In this document: positions 10,295-22,345 of the stretch, in pieces
How positions within the stretch are numbered: position 1 is the stretch's first letter
How the letters are laid out: every line of letters begins with the position of its first letter
Source of the DNA: Azolla caroliniana
Lineage: Eukaryota > Plantae > Polypodiophyta
Reading direction: 5' to 3'
Length of the DNA: 64,000 nucleotides
NCBI GenBank assembly: GCA_043228905.1
Contig: JBHGNT010000006.1
Span: forward strand, 3,658,001-3,722,000
Made by a program: the position numbers and the translations under genes
Notes under the pieces: model-generated
What the model was told of the DNA's origin: nothing
Databases searched by the model: none
What the model saw: the letters and a program-made list of their open reading frames with translations, nothing else

Positions 10295-10330
10295 ATGCGC
10301 GATCCTTCCACTTGTGAATGCGAACATGTT
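10295..10330 (-). repeat. Right terminal inverted repeat (36 bp)
   Basis: ATGCGCGATCCTTCCACTTGTGAATGCGAACATGTT followed by the TSD GCAG. Confidence 0.93.
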
Positions 10331-10951
10331 GCAGATAGTAGTTTCCCCTACACGAAACACTCCAATCAAGGTAAAGTAGGATCTATGCCACAAAATAGAT
10401 GGTATGATGAGGATTGTAGGTGCTTACATAGACAACTTACAATATCACAACTCAATGGTAGTATTACCTCAGTACAAGCTCGTAAAGAAATGCGCAAGAT
10501 GACATGTCGTAAGAGACGAGCATGGGAGGCATCCCAATATTGGGAACTCTACCATATGCTCATGAGTAGCGATTGTGCCATTGCATGGAAGAGATTACGG
10601 GAACCAGGACAACAAACACCCATCGAAGATCCCGAAACTTGGCACACTTATACAGAGAGACTTTACCAAATCCCAAACCAACCACCCATTCCAATGCCTT
10701 CTACACCCCGACCTACTGTGGAGACACTCTTCACGACCTCTAGGGTCATGAAGGTCATAAAGAAATTACAACATAGGAAGTACATGGACCACACAGGATT
10801 GCGAGCAGAACACATCATATATGCGAGAGAGTGCCTAGCTCCCTTGCTAACTCTAATCTTCAATCGCGCCCTCGTAGAGGGTTTTCCACCACAATGGACC
10901 ATGAACACAGTGGCCCCCATACATAAAGGGGGGGACCCCATGGACCCAAAT
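10331..10951 (+). mobile_element. LINE (RTE/RTEX-like) ORF2, segment 2
   Basis: RWYDEDC...LIFNRALVEGFPPQW..VAPIHKGGDPMDPN is the region just before the RT domain; it joins TYRTIMIGH at 17394. Confidence 0.85.
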
Positions 10952-11406
10952 CATTAGAGATCTAGGTACTAAAGTAAGCTTAAGATAAGGATACACTAAT
11001 GATAGATAGAAAGGAGAAAGAGAAAGAAGGGTGCCGATCCACCCGACCACCCTCGAGCGAAGGGATCGAGACGGACTCTAGCCTTGATCGGTGTCCCATA
11101 CCACCGCCGTGGCGTCGAGTCGTAACTGGTGCTGGCGCGCTCGCTACAAGAGTTGACCCACCACAAGAGCAGAGTCTCGATGTAGTCAAAAGATGATCAA
11201 ATGAGGGTAGCTAGGCCTCTTATTTATAGCAATACCCAAGGCCCCCAGGCAAGTTCACACTTGACCTAATGGGTTTTCTCAATCCCGAGGATTAAAAGTA
11301 ATCCTCCCCTTCTTTACACTCTCGTTTAACCCTCACACTTATCCACGTGTATAGAATACTACGGTAAATTCTCACCACGGGATATTAAATGGTCATGCCC
11401 GTAACA
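10952..11406 (-). repeat. 3' LTR (455 bp)
   Basis: Matches 17102-17388 apart from a 168-bp segment; adjacent to the PPT. Confidence 0.9.
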
Positions 11407-14400
11407 TACTCCCCCTCTTTAAAACATTGCACTCTTGCAATGGAAAGTTAGGGAAGTTAGTTTTGAGAGTATTTTCGAGTTCCCATGTGGCATCTTTTAT
11501 TGATTTATCCATCCATTTTATTTTAAATTCTCGGATTTCTTTAGTACGTAATTTTTTTGTTTTAACATCGAGAATTCTTTCTAGTACATGTGGTTTAGAA
11601 GATAATTCTTCAAAAGTAACTAGAGTTTCAGTTGTAATTGTATTGTCACCAGAACCTAGAAGTTCTTTTAGACGACTCACATGAAAGACTGGATGAATTC
11701 CAACACCATCGGGAAGAGCGAGACGATAGGCTGATGACCCAATGCGTTTGAGGACTATAAAAGGTCCACAAAACCATGGGGCTAACTTAGCGCACTTACC
11801 CGTATTGTGAGGTACATGTAAAAATGCCTTCTGTCCAGGGTTGAATACACGAGGTTGCCTATAATGATCGGCATAAAAACGCACTCTATCTTGAGTTGTT
11901 TTTATATTATCTCGTGCAATATGCAACATATCTTGCATATCCCGAAGAAAGTTTTGCGTACTTCGCAACTCATCATGATGTATATTAACATCAATCGGGG
12001 CTCATGGCTGAAAACCATACATCAACATAAAAGGACTATATCCCGTCAACGTATGCTTGGAGCTGTTATAAGCAAACTCCAAAATTGGGAGATAACCTTC
12101 CCATTTTTTTGGTTTTGCACCAACGTATGCTCGAAGCATGTCCTCAATAATTTGATTTACTCGTTCTGTCTGCCCATCGGATTGAGGACGATCCGTGGAG
12201 CTCATGCTCAACGTAGTTTCTAACTTCTTAAAGACTTGCGTCTAGAAGTCACTAGTAACCTTTGGATCTCGATCACTCACGATATCCATCAGTAACCCAT
12301 AAAAACGAAATAATTCGTCAACGAATTGGTAAGCCAATTCAGGAACTGTTATCGTGCTTTTAGTAGCAATAAATCTGGCCATTTTAGTTAGTCGATCAAC
12401 GACAACCCAAATGGCATCATGACCTTTTTGGGTGCGAGGAAGGCTAACAGTAAAATCCATGGATATACTTTCCCACTTATTATTGGGAATGTCCAAGGGA
12501 TGTAAAAGTCCTGCGGCTTTAAGTCGCTCGACTTTGTTAACCTGACACTGGTGACATTTAGTCACATAGCTATGTATGTCAGGACGCATCTTAGGCCAAT
12601 AAAATTGAGTGGAGATGAGAACGAGTGTACGATGTATTCCAGGGTGCCCTGCTGAGGGTGCATCATGGCATTCAAAAAGAATCATTTTTTTGACCTCGGG
12701 TAAATCTAGAACACAAACCTTCCCATTACGGTAGAGCAAACCATTAGCAATGTGGAAGTATTCCTTCGAGGATGTGGTGGTGTCTGTTCCAGACTCAACT
12801 CTTGCCCAGTATTTTGCAAAATAATTGTCATTAGGATACTTTCCTCGAAGGTGATCATAAGCTCTAATGTTATTTCAGTGAAGCTAAGCATGTTAACTTC
12901 ACGGATGCGACTTAGTGCATCAGCGACAGTGTTCATGGAACCTTTACGATATCGTATGGAAAAATCAAAGTCTTGGATGAGATCAGCCCATCGTGCCTTA
13001 CGACCTTTCAGGTCTTGTTGGTCACAAAAATATTTCAAGGACTCGTGGTCCGTAGTTACCACAAAGCGATTTCCATAAAGATAATGGTGCCATGTTTTGA
13101 GCGCATGTATAACTGCAAATAATTTCTTTTTCTTGTACGGTATACCGACATTGAGCAGAATCAAGTTTCTTACTCTCGAATGCTATTAGTTTACCATGTT
13201 GATATAAGACAACACCTATAGCATAATCGCTTGCATCGGTTTGAACCTCAAAAGATTTTGAAGGATCAGGTAAAAGAAGTGAAGGAGCCTTGCAAACCAG
13301 GTCCTTGAGTTCCTTAAAGGCGAGGTCTAGTGTAGCATTCCACACAATAGGTTTTGTAGACTTACGCGTTTGACCTTTTAAAAGATCAGTAAACGGCGTC
13401 GTCAATTGGGACTAATTACAAAGAGACTTTCGCAAAAACCCGACAAAACCAAGGAATGATCGAACTTCTCGAATATTCCGAAGAGTGGGCCAAAGCTTGA
13501 TTTTCTCAATGCGAGAAGGATCAATTTCAAATCCTCGTTCGGTTATGAGATGTCCTAGATAAGTAATTGATTTCTTGAAGAACTCACATTTTGAGATCTT
13601 CGCATAAAACTGTTTGTCACACAATGTTTGTAAAACAAAGCGGACATGTTTAACATGTTCTTGTAATGTACGGCTATAAACTAAAATATCATCCAAGAAA
13701 ATAACGACAAATTTTCCAAGTTGTTCTCGGAAAATGTCATTCATTTCTTGTTGAAAAGTAGCCGGAGCATTGGTCAAACCAAAAGGCATAGCCAAAAACT
13801 CGTAATGGCCATAGCGCGTACGAAATGCCGTTTTAGGAACATCGTCCTCACTTATTCGTATTTGATGGTAGCCAGTACGGAGATCAAGTTTCATAAAATA
13901 CCGAGCTCCCTGGAGACGGTCAATTAGATCGTCAGCCCGGGGCAATGGGTACGAATTCTTGATCGTCACTTTATTCAAGCGTCGGTAATTAATACACATA
14001 CGCCATGTGCCCTCTTTCTTTTTTACCAAGAGAATTGGTGCACCCCATGGAGATTTACTATAATGTATATAACCCATTCGTAAATAGTCCTTGAGTTGCT
14101 TAGATACCTCATCTTCTTCGGATCGACTTAAGCAATACGGAGGTATACTTATTGGTGCAACACCGGGTACAATATCTATACGATGGTCTATATTACGTTT
14201 AGGAGGTAACCCATCAGGTAGTTCACTTGGAAAAACATCATGAAAATCATTTAAGATTTCATCAAGTTGTTGTTGTTCAAAATATGTTAATTGAACCGAG
14301 ACATTATCGATATTGTAAACGTGAATGTCCGGATCAAGTACACAATAAAATAACGTAGAACAAGACAACTCGGATATTGATGGACACGAGGAAACAATCG

Positions 14401-14803
14401 AGAGGGATTGTTTTTTTACACATTGAATACAATGCGTACAATCGTTCAGTACAAAAGAAATGGAATGGCGAACCCAATAAATAAATAAAGAAGAGTTTTT
14501 ATTATAAAACCAAGGATAACCCAGTATTACATCGGTGGTACAAAGATTCATTACATGGAAGTCTACTTCCTCTATATAAGTATCAATAGAAATTCCTAAT
14601 GAATGAATCGCCCCATTGATGTATTGTACTCTTCCATCAGCCAAGTGCACCGTGTAGGTGTGATCACTTACGGTGGGTTGGATTCCCCATATCTGAACCA
14701 AACGATCATTCACAAAATTGTGTGATCTTCCCGAATCAAATAAAAAATGTACGGGAGATCCATTGATATATCCGTTTGCACATAGTAAATCATTGGGACC
14801 CAA
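11393..14803 (-). pseudogene. gypsy pol (protease, RT, RNase H, integrase, chromodomain), frameshifted
   Basis: LFDSG (PR), FLDDILVYS (RT), TDASDYAIG (RH), H..GH..C..C and SMDF/SDRDP/GQTER (INT), ILDVK..FKIKW..ATWE (chromodomain). Split over several ORFs. Confidence 0.92.
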
Positions 14804-14839
14804 TACATAGTGAGGGAAAGAACATTGACAATTACTTAA

Positions 14840-15761
14840 ATGATGTGTATAGACTTGAAGGACATTAGGAATCTGACCTTTATGGTCTGCAGCTTTAGCT
14901 TTGTTGTCATGCTCTTTCCGTTGGAGCTTTCGACATTGATCTTTTGTATGACCCTTCTTTTTGTAGAATACGCAAAAAGGATGTTGTCGCTTAGAATCGT
15001 GATCCGTGAATTCGTCGGGTGTCTTGCGTTTCCCAACAAATTGCGACTGCTTAGTCCCGGGCGCTTCGTTGGGTTTGTTGTGGTCCTTCTTCGAAGTGCG
15101 TTAATAGCGAAGAACTATTTCAACAGCCTCTTCGAAGGATTTTGGATCCTTATCGTGCACTATCCAGTGATAGTCCGAATTGGGGATGCCATTGACAAAA
15201 CCAGCTATCAACCAATTGTCCCCTTCTAGACCCGATTTTTGGATTTGGGTTCTAGCATGGTGAACATAGTCTTCTAGTGAGGAAAATTTCCTGCTAGAGA
15301 GGTTCATTAAAAACCGTGACAAAATATGTCCAAGTATCGGGCAATTTCCCCGTTGTATGGAGCCCACGCCACCAGGCGGCGGCCTTACCCCCGAGTTCTC
15401 GGCCGACATATGCAATCTTCGTACTATCTGGCGTGGGATAGAGCTCAAAATGAGACTCCCATCGTCCCAACCATGTGCAGATTGCTTCTTCGGTTCTTTC
15501 CTTTTTGTCTCCCGTAAATGGCTTAACGACAAACGATGGTTCACCCTGTCGTTCATCAGGTCTATTAGTCTCACGTTGTAGACTAATGACACGTGCCTCG
15601 AGAGCACTTTGAGATTGCCGAAGTTCGGTCATCTGTTGAGCGGTGAAACTAAGGTATTGGGTTATTTGTGCCAAATACATCTCAGTGGACATTTGTCCAA
15701 GAGGATTCCCTTGAGTTCCTTCCGCTTGAGCGGATGACATCGGGTCGTTAATTTGAGCCAT
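14840..15761 (-). pseudogene. gypsy gag, frameshifted
   Basis: PFTGDK..WL.RWE.HF..LGGKAAAWW capsid-like motif located between the PBS/5' UTR and pol. Confidence 0.75.
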
Positions 15762-17101
15762 TAAAGATTATTTCTGGAAAAGAAATAGGATAAGGTCAGA
15801 GAGATAGTCATAACATCATGTCGTGATGTAAACATATCATGGGCAAACATTAATCGATATCATGATCTCACTTCAATACCCCTCTAGACGTGTGTGATGA
15901 GGTTCAAGATTAGGTTACGATGGTAACACAAAGGTGTTTTAAAAACCATGGGGGTGACAATTTAATGTCTTTACCTGATCTCTATATTGATTTTTTCACG
16001 GCGGCTCCCCGAGGCTCAACCATGTATGTTCGCGTCATGAGTAGTTTATACACAAAAAAAATGTTAACAATAAACTATGTTTCTTTGCCCACATATGTGG
16101 TTTCGGCTCTTTAAGTCCTATTACGAGGACCCCGAGGTGCACTTAGACCTTAAGTCTAAACATGTGTTATAGTCATATGTATCAAGGATGTTGTATGGTC
16201 TTGGTCATATTTGAACTCGAGACCTCGAGAACAAATATATTAAACACTTGAGCCAACCAAGTAAGTTGCTCTTCTCGAATGTTTAATGTTTGATGCGTAT
16301 AAGAGATATGCGAGGAATTTGATCATATATGTTTTTTTTTAAAAGAACATATATGTCAAGGGTCCTTATTTCGCCCTCATTTACCAAAACTATGTTGGTA
16401 CATTACCTAACCTCAAGTCTCGTAATTACGATGGCATACGCCAAAGTGCAACCTAATGGTCAAGCCAAATGAGCCCTCGTTTCGTAGTAGGCCCACGTGG
16501 CCCATCACATGGTCACGTCATTACGAATGCCTCTCGTAAGAACGAGCTCATGGTGGCATCGTATCCATGTAACGAGGGAGGGATGTTGGATACGTGTGTC
16601 ATTGGAGCGACCTCACTTGAAGTGGGTCAAGCCCTGCGTACTCATCGTAATACGCAATTGAGGTATTGACCTCTTACGCATACGAGACCAAATGCATATC
16701 CTTTACAACAAATCAAGGTATTAAACTCATACGCAAACGTAACATATGTTCGTGAACGTAATACGTAATTGAGGTATTAACCTCGTACGCATACGACACT
16801 CATCACATATTATTTATATGTCAAACGAGGTATTGACCTCGTGCACATATGTAAACATTTTAGGTAATCAATTAAAGACCACTACAACATCATTGACTTA
16901 ATGAAAAAAAATGACATATAAACTAAACACATGATTAGATGGGAGAAGAGAGAATAGAAAAAAAAAAAATTACGGAAAGAGTTACCAAAGTTTTTTGTTG
17001 ATCGTTGTCTGGATCAAGGCTGACCGCACATTGATCGATCACCATCAATCAAAAGACAAAAGACAAACAAAGAAACATTAGTACATAGCTCTGATACCAA
17101 A

Positions 17102-17388
17102 TATTAGAGATCTAGGTACTAAAGTAAGCTTAAGTTGACCCACCACAAGAGCAGAGTCTCGATGTAGTCAAAAGATGATCAAATGAGGGTAGCTAGGCCT
17201 CTTATTTATAGTGATACCCAAGACCCCCAGGCAAGTTCACACTTGACCTAATGGGTTGTCTCAATCCCGAGAATTAAAAGTAATCCTCCCCTTCTTTACA
17301 CTCTCGTTTAACCCTCACACTTATCCACATGTATAGAATACTACGGTAAATTCTCACCACTAGATATTAAATGTTCATGCCCGTAACA
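17102..17388 (-). repeat. 5' LTR (287 bp, 168-bp internal deletion)
   Basis: taag joined directly to ttgaccccaccac relative to the 3' LTR; adjacent to the PBS. Confidence 0.9.
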
Positions 17389-19645
17389 CAAATACTTATA
17401 GGACCATTATGATAGGTCATACCCTTGCTAAATTATATGGTGCAGTAATGGAGGCAAAGCTTAGCGATTATATGGAGACCTTAAATCTTTGTGCACTTGA
17501 ACAGGCTGGCTTTAGACGAGCCTTCTCCACTATTGATCATATCTTCACACTTAGATGCTTAATTGACCAGACTAAGGCTCGCAAGAAGAAACTATATTGT
17601 TGTTTTGTGGACTTCCGCAAAGCCTTTGACACGGTCCCTAGAGAGTGGTTGTTTGATAGGCTTAAGAGCTTGAGGATACCAGATGACATGATTTGGGCCA
17701 TCTACGCACTATATGAACAAGTGTTCGGGTGTGTTCAATGCCCAGGTGGCATATCCGATAGTTTCACTAGCACTATTGGTGTAAAACAAGGTTGCCCCTT
17801 ATCTTCGACTCTTTTTGGGATCTACATTGATGAGATCACAAATTTTATTGCTCGTAAGGGAGGCAATGGAGTAGTCCTTGGGGATACGCAGGTGCATATC
17901 TTGCTCTATGCAGACGACATAGTTTTGCTCTTTGAATCTGAACACGACCTACAAAGGCACCTTAATGCCTTAGATGACTTTTGCACACAACAAGGATTGG
18001 TAGTGAATCTAGGGAAAACTAAAGTCCTTATCTTCCACACGTCGGCCCAAGTTAGAGCTAAGTGTCACCTAACTATCTCCCATAGCCAAGTTGAGGTGGT
18101 TGGATCATATGTCTATCTCGGAGTCACTTTCAGTGCCCGCTCAGGTAAATTTTCGATGACACAAGCAGCGAAGGATAGACTTACAAGAGGACATGCATCC
18201 CTCTCACTCCTCGAGAGACAATGCCGCCAAGCATACTTCCAAGAGCCACGAACTAAAGGGTGGCTCTTTGACTCATTAGTGACTCCCTCTCTCATGTATG
18301 CATCAACGGTTTGGGCTCCAGGACTACCATCTTTCATGTGGACGCAATTAAGAGACCATTGTTGATGATGTTATCACGCCAACTCCAAAGCAAATCGTCG
18401 GTCCCACATGACATTATTAGGGTTGAGTTCACTCTACCCCCTATGTTAGTAGAAGCACTTTTTCAACTTGTAGTCTTTATCCACAAGATACATAACCAAC
18501 CACTTGATAGAATATCCCATCAAGCCTTTAAGGCTTCTCAAGCACTGTATGAGTCCGACTATACTAGCTCATGGTATGGCATGACGGTGAGTTGGCTTCT
18601 TGCCAACGGTCTAGACATTAATAACCTCCCCCCCCCTTAAGTACGACCACACGACTGATAACACTTTAATCTCTCATGAGGACCGTAATAAAGTAATATG
18701 CCAAGAAATATGACAAATTTATACTCGATATAAATGGATCACCCCTCTAGAGCAACTCCCATCTAAAATGTCGTACTATAAGGAACACTTTATGCACTTC
18801 TCTAAGTTAGGTTTTATTATGCAGCCAAGATATCTAGATGTATTCTTACCACATGCACTAAGGGTTGCCATTGGTCAACTTAGAATATCATCTCACCAAC
18901 TTGAGATTGAGAATGGACGTACTAATGGAGTCCCTAGGGAGGAAAGGATATGTAGGTTATGCCATATAGAGATAGAGGATGAGTACCATTTTACATGCAA
19001 ATGCCCCACCTATGCCGAGATAAGGACAAAATACCAAGACATACTTGGTTCCTCTCCCACCCTCCCTAAACTATTAGATACACTAGATATAAAGAAATTA
19101 GGTAGATACATCTTAGAATTGAAACAACATAGAGAGAATAAGTTACAAAACATTAACAATAATGTTGCTAATGTTTACCAACATGTAACAAATGAAGTTT
19201 TTCAGGAACAGGGGGAGACAATGAATGTCGACACACCTGAACCACTCGGGCTTTTCCTTGATGAAGTAGAAAATCAAAGAAGAACCAAACGCCCTTGGAT
19301 GTCGGGTTTCAAAGCAACTTGATGAGATGTAGAAGCAACAAAGAAAATAAGGGAACGTGAACTACACCGCCTAGAAGCCATGGTTAGGGCACTCTATACA
19401 CTAGGACCATGGGTCACACCCACACCAAAAACTTTTGACCTCCCACTTCTTTTTGAGAGACTTAGGTGGAAATGAGATTAGGCTTAGAGCAAAGTTTTGT
19501 ACACTACTAGAACTCTCTTAGCTTAAGCTATTTTCTTTTATTTTAGTTTTGATGATTGGATAAACACTCATTTTTGTTGTAAACCAATTGTCTCATGGGC
19601 CAACTTTGGCCTTAGAAGATGTTAATATATCTTTCTTTCTTGCTT

Positions 19646-19689
<44 letters not shown>

Positions 19690-19690
19690 A
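17389..19690 (+). mobile_element. LINE (RTE/RTEX-like) ORF2, segment 3: RT, C-terminal Cys/His motif and 3' end
   Basis: QAGFR..STIDHIFTL, FVDFRKAFD, GVKQGCPLS, LLYADDIV, YVYLGV; then ERICRLCHIEIEDEYHFTCKC. Ends in a (CTTT/CT)n microsatellite. Several frameshifts. Confidence 0.9.
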
Positions 19691-19738
19691 ATGTTTATTG
19701 CAAATGTTGTATCTTTATGGCCAACACTAATGGTTTTA

Positions 19739-19807
19739 TTTGTACATAATCGTCTCATTTGTAGAATTTTATAACTAATGGAAGGAGATTTTTTTTTTGA
19801 AAAAAAA
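19739..19807 (+). mobile_element. Extremely 5'-truncated L1-type insertion (3' tail only)
   Basis: Contains ACTAATGGAA and a poly(A) tail. Flanked by the direct repeat AACACTAATGGTTTTA at 19723-19738 and 19808-19823. Confidence 0.7.
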
Positions 19808-20402
19808 AACACTAATGGTTTTACATGTAGAAAACACAATAAAAAAATTGTGGTTGACTATATATTACTTTTTGAAGGTATCTTGGATTTTATATACAAA
19901 TTCTTAAGTGGTGAATGGATATGGGAATCTGATCCTAGGACTTTATGTATTTACTTCAAATGTCTGAAAAAATTTGTGACTGAGAAGGCCATTGAAAGGA
20001 TGAAACTACTGTATTTGATAATAAACCTTAAATGAGCATCTATGTATTTGATGATGGTTGAGGAGATGTTACAAATGACAAAGGGATACAAGATGGTGAT
20101 CCATTAAAATGTAAATGGGAGGCTTCGATGAAAGGCCAATACACCCAATTCTAGTTCCCAAAGGAGGCGGAGACTTCAATGAAACAAGTTCATGGACACC
20201 CAAAAATAGGTACTAAAGGTGCATGCGGAAGGTGGAAAATTTTTGTTGGTTTAGGGTTTGGGTTGATCATTATGATAGTGATGAAGATGGAAATGGTAGG
20301 TGTGATGATTAGCATTGTGGGGTTGATGGTGAGATTGATAAGAATTTCTGGGTGGGGGGTGGTGCCTAGAATGACTCCACCCCCCTCCCAAGAGGGTTCA
20401 AC

Positions 20403-20405
<3 letters not shown>

Positions 20406-20469
<64 letters not shown>
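20406..20469. repeat. (AG)n microsatellite
   Basis: About 32 perfect AG units. Confidence 0.95.
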
Positions 20470-20473
<4 letters not shown>

Positions 20474-20879
20474 GGAATAGGAAACAAAAAACGATGGCGT
20501 TCCAAGAATAGTGTTGAAACATGTTTCTGATGTAACTTTGTACTTAGAACTCCTTTTTTATGATTTTTGGCTCGTTGTGAAGCTTGTTCAGAGACTTTTC
20601 CAAGGATTATTTGGACGTTAAGTTTCGTTATCGTTACAAGAAGATACAAGCAAAATTGACATCGTCTCATGTTAGTTCTCTCAATCTCTATTAGGATGGC
20701 TGACACAAGAATAAGAAGCGAGTTGATGATTGTTGATGGATGTGGTAATAATGATGGTTGTGAAAATTATAAGAGGCAAAAGTGTATTGATTCTACAAAA
20801 CATGAGAAAGCATCATATGCTATTATACTTGGTGGGAAAGATGTTATTGGAGATGATTATGATATTGACAAACGTTGTG

Positions 20880-22345
20880 ATATTGTTTAGGCTTTGCTTT
20901 CCGATTTTATGGAAAAAAAATGAGAGAGATGCTAAAGATTGTGTGGAGGAGGATGTTGTCGAGGTGGTGATGGAGATAAACTCTATGTTAGCAACTTTTG
21001 ACAGGTTCTATGATCGTGGTGTTATTTTGTATTTCACTAGCAAACTTCCTTTGGTATCATGGATTAAGCAGTGGTTGAATTCATTCATAATGCCTAATTG
21101 TGTTGAGGATGTGTATGTGGGTCCAAGAGGTTTCTATGATGTAGTTTTTCGATCGTTAGAACACCGTATGGCTTTGATGGCAAAGGTACCAATCTTTTTT
21201 GATAGAAGATTAGTGCATGTGATGGAATGGGTTCCCGTGGATTATAAAGATTTATTAAAACAACAATGTCCAATTTGGGTGACCGTTGATTGTAGTAACT
21301 CATTCTTTTGGGATTTACTACCAGGATTGATGTCCCAAATTGGTAAAGTTTTGGTTGCTCCTCATGTTAATTCGTTGAACAAATGTAGATTTCGCATGTT
21401 ATGGGATACAAGTTGTAACCTTCTAGGATGGTTGAGTATAGATACATCTTGATTTGGTCGATTTCGTTTTAAGCTTCAATGGGAGACTTTTGCAAGACAT
21501 TGTTTTAAATGTGGTAAATTGGGGCATTTTATGGCTGAATGTCAATATCATGGTGAACTATCCCCAATAAATAATGTCAAAGGGAAAAACAAGGAAGATG
21601 TTGAAAAGGATATTGTCTCAATGGTTGATATGGTCATATATGAGGGAACATCTTATGGGTTAGAGTGAGATCCTAAAGTTCATGGTCATGTTAGAGGTGT
21701 TGGGGAGGAGAATGGAGTATGTATTAATGATGACCACGATGTTGAAGATAGAGAGTGGCATCAAGTGAAGCATAAGATAAAAGGGAAGGGTGTTGCCATA
21801 CAAAGGGACACAAAAAATACTAACGGTACAACATTACCAAAAGATAATTTGAGATTGAATGAGGGGTTTAAGAAAAATCCTTGGTAGAAACAAGTGCGAA
21901 ATCAAATGTTGGACCCAACCAATTACAATTTGATTCTTTAGGAAGGGTGGTGCGACCTCAATTAAATCAAGGACTTCGTTCTTGTGGAGCTAGACAATAA
22001 AACCCTAATATTGGCGGAGGGGATGTAGTACACACGAATCCTTATGCAACCCTTGAACAAGTAGTTATTACATTCATGAATACACTTGCTCATAAAGAGC
22101 AAGTTCTTACTAAAGGTGTTAAATGAAAGTGGTATCATGGAATGTGAGAGGGACATCTTCTCCTCATAAGAAATATATATTATGGAAAACTTTATTTGAT
22201 AAAGAATGGGATGTTTTATGTGTAGTTGAACATAAGTGTCATGATTTAGCAAGATCTATGTTACATTTGCGTGGATATTTCGCATATTATGCATGATTAT
22301 TCATGATTTGTTTTGTCCACATATAGTCTATAATGATCCATATGG
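20880..22345 (+). mobile_element. L1-clade LINE 5' part: ORF1 (DUF4283-like plus zinc knuckle) and start of the ORF2 endonuclease, degenerate
   Basis: GVILYF..WIKQW..GFYDVVF..PIFF..VMEW.P..PIWV; CFKCGKLGHFMAEC at ~21500-21542; WDVLCVVEHK at ~22207. Cut at 22345 by the second TIR element. Confidence 0.75.

Larger units (their letters stand above)
133..10330. mobile_element. Complete TIR DNA transposon (Sola/DUF7869-like) carrying a transposase and a ParB-like/DNA methyltransferase gene
   Basis: TIRs at 133-168 and 10295-10330 (34/36 identical). TSD GCAG at 129-132 and 10331-10334. Excision restores the host LINE reading frame. A DDD transposase ORF lies inside. Confidence 0.93.
10952..17388 (-). 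mobile_element. Ty3/gypsy chromovirus LTR retrotransposon, degenerate full-length copy
   Basis: LTRs at 10952-11406 and 17102-17388. TSD CAAAT at 10947-10951 and 17389-17393. PBS TGGTATCAGAGC (tRNA-iMet type, 17099-17088). PPT at 11407-11422. Domain order gag-PR-RT-RH-INT-chromodomain. Confidence 0.95.
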
